Below, piece after piece: positions 1 through 11,222 of a stretch of DNA of 64,000 nucleotides. Position 1 is the stretch's first letter, and each line of letters opens with the position of its first letter. The stretch comes from Naegleria gruberi. Lineage: Eukaryota. The notes under the pieces were generated by a model that saw only the letters and a list, made by a program, of their open reading frames with translations, was not told where the DNA came from and searched no databases. The DNA lies in assembly GCA_000004985.1 (NCBI GenBank), contig GG738873.1; one strand, written 5' to 3'. The translations under genes and the position numbers were made by a program.

Positions 1-84
1 GATTTTAGAACAACAACAAATAATCTTGATGTTGCCAGTCTATTAATTGGTCAAACTGTTGAAATTACTTTGTTTGATAATTAA
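1..84 (+). CDS. Partial 3' end of an upstream gene (27 codons, then TAA)
   Basis: Frame 1 is open from the window edge (DFRTTTNNLDVASLLIGQTVEITLFDN) and ends with TAA at 82-84. It is too short to assign. Confidence 0.2.
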   Translation, partial: DFRTTTNNLDVASLLIGQTVEITLFDN

Positions 85-638
85 ACTTCCATTTTGTGAA
101 TATGTTTATTAAGTAAAAGGTTACGAAATGATTATTAAATTTATCAGCTGTTTACTTAGTGAAAATTCGAAGTTGTAATTGGAACCTCTGGACTTTAAAC
201 ATCAAATATTGACACTTAAGATTTAAGATTCAATAAAGCTGGTCTCAAAATTTATGAACATCAAGTGAACTCTCACCCATACATGTGACAGAGACAAGAA
301 ATTATCTTGGAAGTATTTTTTTCATTAATTGATTAATTGTGAGTTCCTCTTTTTGAGATTTCATTCTCAAAGAATAAATAGTAGAACCTAAAGTTTTTGA
401 AGTTCCTTGAGTTGTTTCAAATCAAAATTTACATTATTGGTAGTTTGATGAGGTTGCTAATTGTGTTGGTTGCTCTTTGTTGTCCATTCCTCCATTAATT
501 ATGTTTTAAACCAACAAACACCATTCATCTAGTAAGGACATTTTTTTTGTTGGTTTTCTCAGTGGAAAAGGAAACGTACACCTTACCGTAGATCTAAAAA
601 TCCGCTCAGCTTGTTTACTCAAATTACAGTTATTTGCG

Positions 639-1157
639 GTGCACAACTCAGAAAAAAAAAGAATGATGAAGACCCTCAACGCTGGTTTGCGGTCTAAATT
701 GCAATGTGTGTGTGTAGCTTTTTGTAGGTTGTATATTTCCGCTTACTATAAATTTTTCATAGTAATAATTTGCTTCACATTGAGTGTACATACATTTGAT
801 GCCTCAAATGATCAACAACAACATGCTGTTGAACTTGTAAAAGGATGGAAAGAAAAACAAAATAGTTACAATAGAGTTCTGGTTGGACTAAAACAACAAA
901 AAGATGATTTTTACTCCTCAAAGATAAAGCAAAAGCTAGTGAATATGCAAGAAGCACTTGATGGTGCTTCAAGGATATTGGATGACTTGGGAGTTAATCA
1001 AACAATGTTTGATCAAATGGTCACATCAAAGAATAAGGACTTGATAAGAGCAATGAGCGTGGAAGTGGAATTGCGCAATGTCATTACCTTGGCTGATAAC
1101 TCACAAAGAATATTGGGAGAGAATAGTTTTAATATGATTAATGTAAGTTTATTTTGA
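639..1157 (+). CDS. Hypothetical ORF; possibly the 5' exon of the downstream RCC1-Kelch-FReD gene
   Basis: The first ATG is at 663 (MMKTLNAG...). It has a hydrophobic stretch and then a coiled-coil-like region. A GTAAGT donor sits at 1143-1148. A 40-nt intron (1143..1182, acceptor ...ttgtaaag) would join in frame to a reading frame open from 1165 that runs into the RCC1 gene. Without splicing the ORF ends at TGA 1155-1157. Confidence 0.3.
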   Translation: MHNSEKKRMMKTLNAGLRSKLQCVCVAFCRLYISAYYKFFIVIICFTLSVHTFDASNDQQQHAVELVKGWKEKQNSYNRVLVGLKQQKDDFYSSKIKQKLVNMQEALDGASRILDDLGVNQTMFDQMVTSKNKDLIRAMSVEVELRNVITLADNSQRILGENSFNMINVSLF

Positions 1158-1245
1158 GCATTGACAATTTAGTTTTGTAAAGAATTTCACCGAAGCTATC
1201 TATGGAGAGGAATTATTATTCAGACAAAACACTTTGAACTTTTCA

Positions 1246-4200
1246 ATGAACCACCAAATGTATTTCAACTCTAGACCAGGTATTTTTCCTTCCTATGAAT
1301 ATCATTCTTCTATTGTCAGAGTGAGAAACAGAATTGTTGCAGGTGCAAATCACGTACTTGTATTAATGCCTAATGGTAAATTGTACTCGACTGGTGTCTA
1401 CAATAATGGAAATTTGGGAAGAACAAGTCAGGATTCTAGACTCCTCTACAATAACCCTGTTGAAGTTCTTGACGAATTAGAAATTCTTCAAATTGAAGCT
1501 CACAGAAATAGCAGCATGGTGTTGACTACGAATGGTCTCTATGTTTTTGGTTTAAATGATCGTTCACAATTAGCAACTGGTGGAACTAAATCTGTGTTGA
1601 AAGCAACAAAAGTTCGTGGTTTTAACTTTGACACTAAAATAGTTCAAATTGCTATGGGTAATTATGCTTCGTATGCGATAGATGAAAATGGAAAATTGTG
1701 GGCATGGGGAGCTAATGATCAAGGTCAAATTGGTGACAGAACTTGGGATGAAAAGAATAGACCATTCTCTGTTTATAGATACGGAGCTTTAGCAAATCAA
1801 ACAGTTGTTAGAGTTTGTGCTGGAAATGGTAGTGTACTTGCTTTAACATCAACAGGTAATCTGGTAGCAATTGGAGACAACACATACGGTCAATTGGGTA
1901 CTGGTGATTACGTTTCAAGTGGTGAGCCTGTAATTGTAAAGATGAAACCATTCCAAAATGAGACAATCAAAGAAATTCAATGTGGTATGTTTCATAACCT
2001 TGTCCTTACAGCCAGTGGTAAAGTTTTTGCTTTTGGTGGTAATATGTATGGACAAGTTGGAACTGGTAACACAACAAACATACCAATACCAACTTTGATT
2101 TCTGGTATTGACTGCACCGTAACCAAGATCCACTCAAAAGGTCATGTGAGTTTTGCTGTTTGTGCATCTAAACCAGGGTATTTTTATTCTTGGGGATTGA
2201 ATGATATTGGGCAAACAGGTGCTGGACTTTCTTATGGATTAAAAATTCTATCACCAAAACTTGTAAAATACTCAGCTCACCCAATTGTAGATATTACTTC
2301 CAATGTTGATAATTCCTTCCTTTTTCTTGCTGATGGATCCATTCATGCCACAGGTGGCTGTTTTAATACCCAGTTTTTCCTTGGACAAGATTGCTTTGAT
2401 GCATCTCCCAAGTACTTTTCCGAAACCGTTCTAACAAAGAAGTATGCTTTCTCTATTAACGGACTTTTCACTCAAGTACGACACCAAACCAATATGCAAT
2501 TACACTGGTATCAGAGAAAACCAGTTTATTTCGAAATGGGTGATATTGCATATTTACTTCAAACAGAGAACACTCTTCCAACAAGAAGAAATAACGGGTT
2601 CAATATGTACACCACAAACGTTACAGCAAATGACATGGTATGGAAAATGGTTGAGTATAATGAAACTACCAACACTGGTTTCCCTCACTCTATTTATAAT
2701 ACACACGTCCTTAAACATGGTGAATATGTCTATTTGTTTGGAGGTGTTGTGAATGATGATATTTCAAATAGAATTTACAGAGCACCTGTCTATGATTTGG
2801 TTCAATCATGGGAATTAATTAATGAAACACTTCCAATTCCAATAGCATCTGGAATGCTTCTGACAGTAGGAGATTATGTTTACATTTTTGGTGGTATCAT
2901 TTCTATCTATGAGTTCAATTCTACCGTCGATCTTGGTCCAACAATGAGACACAATGTAACCAATTGTATAATGCGAGCTTCAACAACAAGCATAACAAAT
3001 TGGGAGATTGTACAAGATGTTATTCCCCTTCCCCTGCATTCTGCTTTTATCGAAGTGGTTGGTAATTATGTCTACTTGTTTGGTGGCAGCTCAACAGTAC
3101 GAGGAAGTGGTATTAATATCTTTAGAGCAACATTACAATCTCCAACTGTATGGGAGATGACCTTCGGTCTTCTTCCTTATTACGTTACTAATACCGGTCC
3201 ATTTTCCTCAACAGAAGATAAGTTATATATTTTTGGTGGTACAAACTCATCCACTAGTTCAACTGGGCCTTACTTTGCCTTTGGTAAGAAGAATGATATT
3301 ATTGGATCATGGACTGCAATACCGGATACAAACATAGAGTTGAATATTATTCACAATTCTACACAATTTGATTGGTGCACCAAGTATCCATTGTTATGCT
3401 ATCAATGTTCTAACCCAGATTATTTTTTCAGTGCTGTTACTGGGCACACTGGTCCACAATATTATGAGGCTACTAATCCAAGTGTCTGCTCTTCAGCTGG
3501 TATTTGCGTTGGTAATGATGGATGTAAATGCACTCCTGGTCGATTTGGTGACCGATGTCAATTTACAGGAATAGTGGCTTACAATAATGGCAGACAATAT
3601 GCCGATGGAAATGTTGCTGAGTCTTGTGCTGCCTACAAAAATCCAACTAACACCTCTCGAGTATATCAAGGTATAATTGGTGATGGTTTCTATATTATTC
3701 AAATTATTGGAACAACAACACCAATTAAAGTATATTGTGACATGACTACAAATGGTGGTGGTTGGATAGCTTATTATACAGGTAGTGCTAACAAGCCAGT
3801 ACATTTGGCTAAAGGATATCAAAACCCAGGTGAAGATGTAAACTCTGGAGATTACATCGTAGATCTTAGAAGTTTCTTTTTTACCCAAGTTATGTTTTCT
3901 AAAGGTGGACAAAGCGACTGGTTTACTTGTATTGAGTGTGGAAATGGTTACACAGTTGGTTATTCAAATGATGGTGCGTTGACTTCAAATAGCCTGGGTT
4001 CTTGGCGTGCCGGTGGAGCAGTTACTGGTACCTACCAGTTGTACATTGCAGACAATGCTCCAGCATACGCAGGAACAACAAACTCAGCTGCCTTCATGAT
4101 GTACTATTCAACATCAAGTTATACATTAAACCCAACAAGTGGATACGATACCACCTCATACACAATTACTGGTTACAGAACAGATACTGGAGGCAAGATT

Positions 4201-4314
4201 ACGAGAACATCAGTAGGTGGCAGTTCTATATATAATGAATGCTTTGGCGTTTGCTTTAGAGCAAACTTGGGAGGTTCTTGTGGTGCAGGCAGCATGACTG
4301 TTTACCTAAGATAG
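1246..4314 (+). CDS. Multidomain protein: RCC1-like repeats, Kelch-type repeats, Cys-rich EGF-like module and a C-terminal fibrinogen-related domain
   Basis: The ORF runs continuously to TAG 4312-4314, with the first ATG at 1246. RCC1 signatures are present (GANHVLVL..GKLYSTG, WGANDQGQIGD, GDNTYGQLGTG, GGNMYGQVGTG, WGLNDIGQTG). Four Kelch-like blades carry YVYLFGG/YVYIFGG/KLYIFGG. An EGF-like module reads CSSAGICVGNDGCKCTPGRFGDRCQF. The fibrinogen-related-domain motif reads GFYIIQI...KVYCDMTTNGGGWIAYY. A possible 5' extension is described under feature 639..1157. Confidence 0.8.
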   Translation: MNHQMYFNSRPGIFPSYEYHSSIVRVRNRIVAGANHVLVLMPNGKLYSTGVYNNGNLGRTSQDSRLLYNNPVEVLDELEILQIEAHRNSSMVLTTNGLYVFGLNDRSQLATGGTKSVLKATKVRGFNFDTKIVQIAMGNYASYAIDENGKLWAWGANDQGQIGDRTWDEKNRPFSVYRYGALANQTVVRVCAGNGSVLALTSTGNLVAIGDNTYGQLGTGDYVSSGEPVIVKMKPFQNETIKEIQCGMFHNLVLTASGKVFAFGGNMYGQVGTGNTTNIPIPTLISGIDCTVTKIHSKGHVSFAVCASKPGYFYSWGLNDIGQTGAGLSYGLKILSPKLVKYSAHPIVDITSNVDNSFLFLADGSIHATGGCFNTQFFLGQDCFDASPKYFSETVLTKKYAFSINGLFTQVRHQTNMQLHWYQRKPVYFEMGDIAYLLQTENTLPTRRNNGFNMYTTNVTANDMVWKMVEYNETTNTGFPHSIYNTHVLKHGEYVYLFGGVVNDDISNRIYRAPVYDLVQSWELINETLPIPIASGMLLTVGDYVYIFGGIISIYEFNSTVDLGPTMRHNVTNCIMRASTTSITNWEIVQDVIPLPLHSAFIEVVGNYVYLFGGSSTVRGSGINIFRATLQSPTVWEMTFGLLPYYVTNTGPFSSTEDKLYIFGGTNSSTSSTGPYFAFGKKNDIIGSWTAIPDTNIELNIIHNSTQFDWCTKYPLLCYQCSNPDYFFSAVTGHTGPQYYEATNPSVCSSAGICVGNDGCKCTPGRFGDRCQFTGIVAYNNGRQYADGNVAESCAAYKNPTNTSRVYQGIIGDGFYIIQIIGTTTPIKVYCDMTTNGGGWIAYYTGSANKPVHLAKGYQNPGEDVNSGDYIVDLRSFFFTQVMFSKGGQSDWFTCIECGNGYTVGYSNDGALTSNSLGSWRAGGAVTGTYQLYIADNAPAYAGTTNSAAFMMYYSTSSYTLNPTSGYDTTSYTITGYRTDTGGKITRTSVGGSSIYNECFGVCFRANLGGSCGAGSMTVYLR

Positions 4315-4422
4315 ATCCACAATTTGTATATTATTGTAAATCAATAAATTCGTTATTGTAAAGTATAACACATTTCTAATTTTTGGTCCCCACCTTTTTC
4401 TAATGTTGAATAATCTTATTTA

Positions 4423-5886
4423 TTATTGGCTTTGCTTATTATTTAAGAGTTTTAGTCTTTTGGCAGCACTCTTTCTATATAAATGTTCCAACTTGGGGTA
4501 AACTTTTGCTTCTTCACAACAAGTATAAACCAGCTTGATATCATGTTCTTCAACATCCTTTTCTAAATGAGATATTATTGTTTTCCAATCAGGAATGGAA
4601 TCACTGAAATCCTGATTCAAAGCCTTTGTTCCTCCAAGAATAATGTACATTAGAATGACACTCTCCCATAAATAGCCTATAAGAGATTGCTTCACAACAT
4701 TATTTTTGACATGTTCTGAAACTAATCTCACAGCAAAACATCCTGTGATAGCATGTAGGGTAGCAATGTCCATCTTGTCACACTTCAAATATAAGGTCAA
4801 AGCAGCTTGGCAAAGGTCCTCCAATTCAAATAATAATTGATTATGATCTCCCAATATCATGGAGCATTGTACTGCAAATTCTTTCTGATCAATTACATCA
4901 CGAGCTTCTCTCATCAAGTTATGAATCAAGAATCCTCCCTTTTTTAATAAATCTTGTCTAAACTCATCGGTCAGATATTCTGGATGATTCTTTTCTGTTC
5001 TTTGAAGAATTTCAAGTAAGCTTTGAGGTTTTGAATCATCTGAAAGTGATTTCTTACCCAACGATTCAAGTTTTGGTTCAATATTCTGATAGGAATAAGC
5101 TTGATAGGCCAATGAATTGACAACCATCAAGGTATGGAAATTTTGGAGAATTGAATAACCTAACAAGATGATTGGATGAAAAGCTCCTCCAGAAATTCCA
5201 CTTAGCAATTCAACAACTGATTCATGAGACATGATATTCTCGAACAGTTCCTTCTCCAAGTGCATTGGTAGAATTTCTTCCTCTGAATCACCTTGTTGGG
5301 AACTGTTCATGACTTTAGATTGATCGTGTTGAATGACGTGTAAATAGACTAGAATGTGCATAAATCTACGATAGAAGAGAAAATCTGGACGATTCACACT
5401 AATTCTTCCCATGAAAATCTTATCGAAAATCCAGCTTAATTCTTCCTTAATGAAATGATCGAGTCTTTCCTTTGAAAAGTCCTTTTTCAATTGAGAAAGA
5501 AAAGGTTGATAGGTTTCTTCTTCCCATTTTCTCAATTCTGTGTTTTGATATTTAGCATTAGGATCAATTGGTACAAGTTTCTTCAAGTGATGATTCACAT
5601 TCTCCAAATACACCTTTCTATTAATAATTGGTTGTTCGAAATTTGCCTTAATGTGAAAGAGAGCTGACAAGACCATTGGTAAGTGATTACTCAATCCATC
5701 AGGGATCCTTTCATCCAATCCAAAACTAGGATACAAGTGCACACAAATATAATTCAACAACTCATCCATCCACAATGAATCATCTTGTGAGTCTGTGTCA
5801 ATGCTTTCCTTGGACATGAAATTGGCGGGAAAGATTTCTTGCATTAATTGTTCACTATTCTTTGAAATTTGAGAAAGGTCTGGCAT
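4423..5886 (-). CDS. Questin-oxidase-like (DUF4243 family) protein, single exon
   Basis: A 487-aa ORF runs from ATG (5886-5884) to TAA (4425-4423). The N-terminal motif NHLPMVLSALFHIKA resembles the H-x-P-H/M-x-x-I/L-A-L-Y/F-x-L/I-G/K-A signature of the questin oxidase family. The protein is large and has no TM segments. The family call is from memory only. Confidence 0.6.
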   Translation of the reverse strand: MPDLSQISKNSEQLMQEIFPANFMSKESIDTDSQDDSLWMDELLNYICVHLYPSFGLDERIPDGLSNHLPMVLSALFHIKANFEQPIINRKVYLENVNHHLKKLVPIDPNAKYQNTELRKWEEETYQPFLSQLKKDFSKERLDHFIKEELSWIFDKIFMGRISVNRPDFLFYRRFMHILVYLHVIQHDQSKVMNSSQQGDSEEEILPMHLEKELFENIMSHESVVELLSGISGGAFHPIILLGYSILQNFHTLMVVNSLAYQAYSYQNIEPKLESLGKKSLSDDSKPQSLLEILQRTEKNHPEYLTDEFRQDLLKKGGFLIHNLMREARDVIDQKEFAVQCSMILGDHNQLLFELEDLCQAALTLYLKCDKMDIATLHAITGCFAVRLVSEHVKNNVVKQSLIGYLWESVILMYIILGGTKALNQDFSDSIPDWKTIISHLEKDVEEHDIKLVYTCCEEAKVYPKLEHLYRKSAAKRLKLLNNKQSQ

Positions 5887-6342
5887 GTTGCTTGTTTTTT
5901 TTGAATTGTTTCTCTTGAGATTTTTATTTTTAGAAATTCTATTTATTTATTGAGGAAGATTTTTTTGGAGTTTTGACATTTTTGTAAGTGGACATATAAG
6001 TGCGTATTAATATTTAATTGTGCGCATTTGTAAAATTAATTGAAAACAAGAATGATTCTGTCGTGGATTTCACAATAAATGAATGAGTGGTGTCATCAGG
6101 TTGGAATATATTGTTTACATTATTGATTAATGCATTTTCCAATTCATCATTCCTATGGCACAGTCTCAAGGTTAATATTAAGGTCATATTGAAAGGATGG
6201 ATGTAACCCTTAATAAGACCAAATACGACTGGGAACTCCAATTAGAAAAAATATTGGCAGGAAAAAATTACAGTGAAAATAGACTCCTAAAAAAATGCTC
6301 TGTTTTCAACAGGAGAAGGAATTTCCTCACAAAAAGGAGTGT

Positions 6343-9300
6343 ATGATAATGTATCTAATATTTATTATATTTCTTTGTCAATATTTATCATCATCAACAT
6401 CAACACCATCATTGGGTGGATTAATATTTATTAAGGCAGAACAAACAAGAGTCAATAAGAGACAACAAGATGATACAAGTTTTATCTATCCAACCTATAC
6501 TTCGGAACTCTATGCAGGTAGAACTGATTTCAGTTCATCTATGGACATTTTCTTTAAACAAATGATTCCATCACAGGTGGATTCTAGAATTATCTACATG
6601 TCCTCGAAACTCACCAATTCAATCTATCAATATAATGACACTGATAAGAGTTTGATACAGATATTGCAAGGGAGCTATATAGAAGGGGAGGACACCTTAG
6701 TAAATGGTGATTTACTGATGGTTGAGAAGGAAGAAGTCAATTCTATTCAGTATGATTGTTTATATTATAATATTGAATCTAGAATGTGGAAATATTCAAT
6801 GAGGGACAGAACATCTTCTCGATTAACTGTTTATGGATTGGAACAAGTTTCAAAATTGGGTGTCAATAGACCTTTCGGATTTTTGGATTGGGGAAAGAAG
6901 AATCGAGTGTATGGAGTAGTGGAGGGGAAATTATTTCATGTAGAAAGGGAATACAATTTGACTTGGAATTTCACACAAGTTAAGGAGCTTGATTTGGAAA
7001 ATACTCAATGGGAAGGTTTGGCCATGCATAAAAACAGTGAAATTATGTACTTGATTGCAAATCGTACAATTTTCATGGTTGACATGAGCAAGGACTTGTT
7101 CATTAAGAAATTACAAACTCATGAAAGTCCCAAAATACCTTTTGCTGTTTATCACGATGGACAAGATGAGTATCTTTACTTTACTGCCAATTACGATTCG
7201 ATTTTGGTAAAGTGTCCAACTAAGGAATGCGATAGTGCTCTACCCATCTATACTAGAGACGAAATGATTAGGTCAGGATGGAAAATATTGAGCATTCCGT
7301 CAGCATTTGCCATTACAAAAGATGTTTTCCTATTCAATTCGTATTTTCCAAGGAGGGATGATATTACACACCTTGCACTTTATTCAATGATGGATAATGT
7401 TGCCTATCCAATTTACTCAATGGATGGTCCTATTTGGAATGGTGTTAATGCTTTGAACAGTTCTATATTTCCAACAGGTAAGTTTACAAATTTTTGCCAA
7501 ATTACTATAAATATACAGCGGTAAACTTACTAAAACATGCTGATGGAAGAAAGGAATTGCTTATTAGTGATTATACGAAAATTAGATCAATCTCAATGAA
7601 AGATAGAACCATTTCAGTGGTAAAGGTAGACAATTTGTGCACTTCTTTCACACCACAACTGCCTGCACTCTCCAATATTGGCTCTTCGGTCAACCATTCT
7701 GATGGCAGCTCTACCATATACGCTGCTTCCATTCCAGATACTAATGCACAGTCTTACTCTATCAAAATAGCATCTAATGGGCACACTACGTGGTGTCCTC
7801 TCTCAACAGATATTGAGAACATACCAGTGCCTAATGAGAGCCCTCTGAATCAATCCATGTTTAATGATCCTTCTGGTATTGTCTATTTGAATGGAGAAAT
7901 TTATATTGCTGATACAAAATCCAATAGAATCAGAAAGATTACAAAAGATGCAAGAGTATTGACCTTAGTTGGAGGTGGTAATATTAAGGGAGATAACTTG
8001 ACAGGAACTGATACCTATGCGAATGCCCCTTTCGGTATTGCTGTTTGCAATTCAACAGGAAACGTTTATTTTAGTGTTTCTAACGACCATTGTCTCAAAG
8101 TCTACTCTCAACAAACAGGTCTTGTTCAAAACCTTGCAGGAGATTGTGGAAAACCAGGAATATTTAATTTTCCAAAAGCAATTTCATTGGTGGAGAATTT
8201 CCTCTTTGTTGCCGATTCAATGAATCATAGAATTGCGAGGGTTAATTTAGAGACACGTTTAGTGGAGAGTCTAATTGGAGATGGACAAGCAGGTGAGACA
8301 TCAGACGACAACTATAGCGTAAGATTGAATTCACCAACTGGGGTTCACTATTGTGATGGATATTTATTTGTAGCAGACACTAATAATCATAGAATATTGA
8401 AGGTTTCTCATATACTTGATGTAACAAGTTATGCATACGTTGAAGTCATAGCAACAGGTAAGTTAAAAATTTACATTTTTGGAATATTGACAAAATTACT
8501 AAAAATAGATGATGATGTGAAATTGGCATATCCATATGGTGTTCATGCTTTCAAGATGGGTTACAAAATGTTTTATATCATTACCAATACATATAACAAC
8601 AGATTAATCTTTGCACAAGAAACTCCTTCAAGATATTTCACAGAAATGGGAAGTGGATTGCCAGGTTACAATGGAGACCTTTCCATATTTGAGGCAAGTC
8701 TTTTCAATCCAAAGGGAGTCTGGGTATCTGACAACATTATCTATTTTACCGATTCATCAAATAACCTGATTCGAAAAATCAACTTGTCTCGATTATATTT
8801 TATGGTTGAAACTGTAGCTGGTGGGCATGGTGATGGTGGCTCAATTTTGAATACTCGTATCAAGATTACAAGTTTCTCTCAAGCTCCTGGAGGGATTGTT
8901 GTGACTGATATTCAAAACAACCTGATCAGATTGATAAAACAAGATGGAACTGTCTCTACACTTGTTGGAAGTGGTGGCACACTTTACAATGGAGAGCTAA
9001 TAACTTCCAAGATGGTTAATTTAAATTACCCTTTTGGAGTTTTTGTTTTCAATAATGAAATATACTATTCTGATTCCAAGAATCTGAGAATAAGAAAAGT
9101 GGATCTAGATGGAATCGTCTCAACTGTGATACTCGACGGTAGCTATCCTTCAGCTCTCAGAGTTAGACTTAATGGTGACATAATTTATGTTACTCAAACA
9201 GGAATTAAGATTTTCCATGCCAAAACAAGTGAATTCCAAAATATTGTAACAGACAGCAATTTTCTCAAAGCATCTGTTGAGTACGATTCAGATGATGGTT

Positions 9301-11196
9301 CGATTTATTATGCAACAGATACTTCTGTTGTCAAGTTGACTCCAAGATGTAAGAATGGTTATGTGTTGGATGACCAATTTTCTGAGTGTATTCCAGTATG
9401 TTTCGGATATAATCAATTGGATGTGGAACAAGTTTGTTCTGGACATGGATTGTGTCTAGAGCCAGATAACTGTGGATGTTTTGACCATTACACGGGTAAT
9501 CAATGTGAAAATGCCAAATGTTTCGGTCTTGATGTTAATAATCCAAATATTTGTAATGGAAGAGGTCAATGTGTCTCAGTTGACACCTGTTCATGCTCCC
9601 AAGGCTATTCAGGAATTGACTGTTCCATTCCAGAATGTTTCGGAATCTCTGGAAACATGTCATGTAGTGGATCAGAAAGAGGTAGATGCATTTCACTCAA
9701 CATGTGTCACTGTAATTTGCCTCATTATTCTGGAAGAGCATGCGAGTTAGCAAACTGCTTTGGAATTCCACAAAATGATGCAAAAGTTTGCTCTGGAAAG
9801 GGAAGATGTGTCCGTCCTAACGAATGCAAGTGTGATACTGATTTTTATGACAAGGATTGTTCCAAGTTTGATAATACGAATTGGACAGTTGGAGTTGTTG
9901 TGGGAATTACAGGCGGTTTTGTTATTTTGTTGATGATTGTTGGAGTTGTGTTGATTGTAGTGTTGAGAATTTATAAGAAACAAAAGAAAATATTGGACAC
10001 TGACCTCGAATTGGATCGACAATTGTTGAGTTCTGAAGAAATCAATGGTTATTCTCGTGGTCATACTTCAAATTCAAGTAATAGTGTGGAGGAAGATTTT
10101 TATATCCCACTGAATCAATTAAATATGGACAAACCAATTAAGAGATTGGGAAGTGGTGGTATTGGAAGTGTATTCATGACAAAGTAAGTGTTAAATTTTG
10201 CCTAAATTCTAACTTTTTCATCAATCTTATTTTGAAATATTTCCAAAGATGGAATAATATCATTGTAGCGGTCAAAGTGTTTGATTTGAATAATGAAAAC
10301 ATTGGAATTGAAGATTTTATCAATGAGGCCTTATTACTCTCAAGACTTCGTCATCCAAATATTATTTCTTTTTATGGAGTTTCTTCATCTCCAACCAAAA
10401 GATACATTGCCATGGAGTGTATGGATGCAAGCTTGGAATCCTATATTCAGAAAATGCAAGCATTGCAGTTAAAGCTTCCATTCCGTACAAAAGTGAAAAT
10501 TATTTCAGATATTTGCAGAGGTATCATGTATCTTCACAATTTACAACCAAATTTTATTGTTCACAGAGATTTGAAACCTGCAAATATTTTACGTAAGTTT
10601 ATTTGATTTTTGACATGACTCTAATGTGAGTGAAATAGTTGATAAGGATGGCAATTGTAAAGTTTGTGATTTTGGTTTGGGAAGAGTTTTATCAAAAAAA
10701 ACACTTTCGAATATTACAGCACAGGTTAGTACATTCAAACTATTTCGAATGATTATTTAACTGTATATAGATTGGCACATGTGCATACATGAGCCCAGAA
10801 ATCTCAGGATTCTCTGGTAAGGATATTGATCGTTCACACGTTAAGGCAATTGATATCTTTAGTTTATCCATAATTTTCTATCAAATATTATTCGAAGTGA
10901 TGGATCCATACTCGAGTCAAGATTTGAGAGTGGTGGAAAAGATTGGACTTAAGGAACCAATTCATTATGAATCTTTTTATCATTTGCATAGAGCCATTTG
11001 TGAATTCAAAGTTCGACCTTCAATTCCATTCAATACTATTGAGTCGTGTGTGGAGTGGTGTAAAGTTTATGATTTGGAAGAGAATGCAACAATTTATTGG
11101 AAATTATGTGAAGATGTTATAAAGGAATCATGGAAAGAAGAAGCTTCCGAAAGACCTCCTATTGAAAAATTGGTAGAAATTGTTGATTCATTGTAA
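6343..11196 (+). CDS. Receptor-type Ser/Thr kinase: signal peptide, NHL-repeat beta-propeller, tenascin-type EGF repeats, TM segment and TKL-like kinase domain (5 exons)
   Basis: Exon structure: join(6343..7477, 7519..10183, 10249..10592, 10639..10724, 10771..11196). The 41-nt intron 7478..7518 (GTAAGT..ACAG) is required to fuse two long ORFs that sit in different frames. Introns 10184..10248 (GTAAGT), 10593..10638 (GTAAGT) and 10725..10770 (GTTAGT) restore kinase subdomains: GSGGIGSVFMTK|WNNIIVAVK, HRDLKPANIL|LDKDGNCKVCDFGLGRV, and ITAQ|IGTCAYMSPE. The signal peptide is MIMYLIFIIFLCQYLSS. NHL motifs (NxPxGIAV, IYIADTxNxRIRKI) are repeated. EGF units read CSGHGLCLEPDNCGCFDHYTGNQC and similar. 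The TM segment is VGVVVGITGGFVILLMIVGVVLIVVL. Confidence 0.8.
8458..8508 (+). other. Candidate in-frame 51-nt intron (or retained intron) inside the NHL region of the kinase gene
   Basis: The stretch gtaagttaaaaatttacatttttggaatattgacaaaattactaaaaatag has a perfect GTAAGT donor, an AG acceptor and an AT-rich body. Its length is a multiple of 3 with no stop, so the ORF track reads straight through it (GKLKIYIFGILTKLLKI). Confidence 0.35.
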
Positions 11197-11222
11197 ACTG
11201 TTATAAATAAATATTTAAAAAA

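Noticed and set aside
6014-6241. 75-aa minus-strand ORF in the promoter region of the first receptor kinase
   Set aside because: It has no ATG context, its sequence is hydrophobic and low-complexity, and it lies in the 400-nt spacer between two divergently oriented genes.
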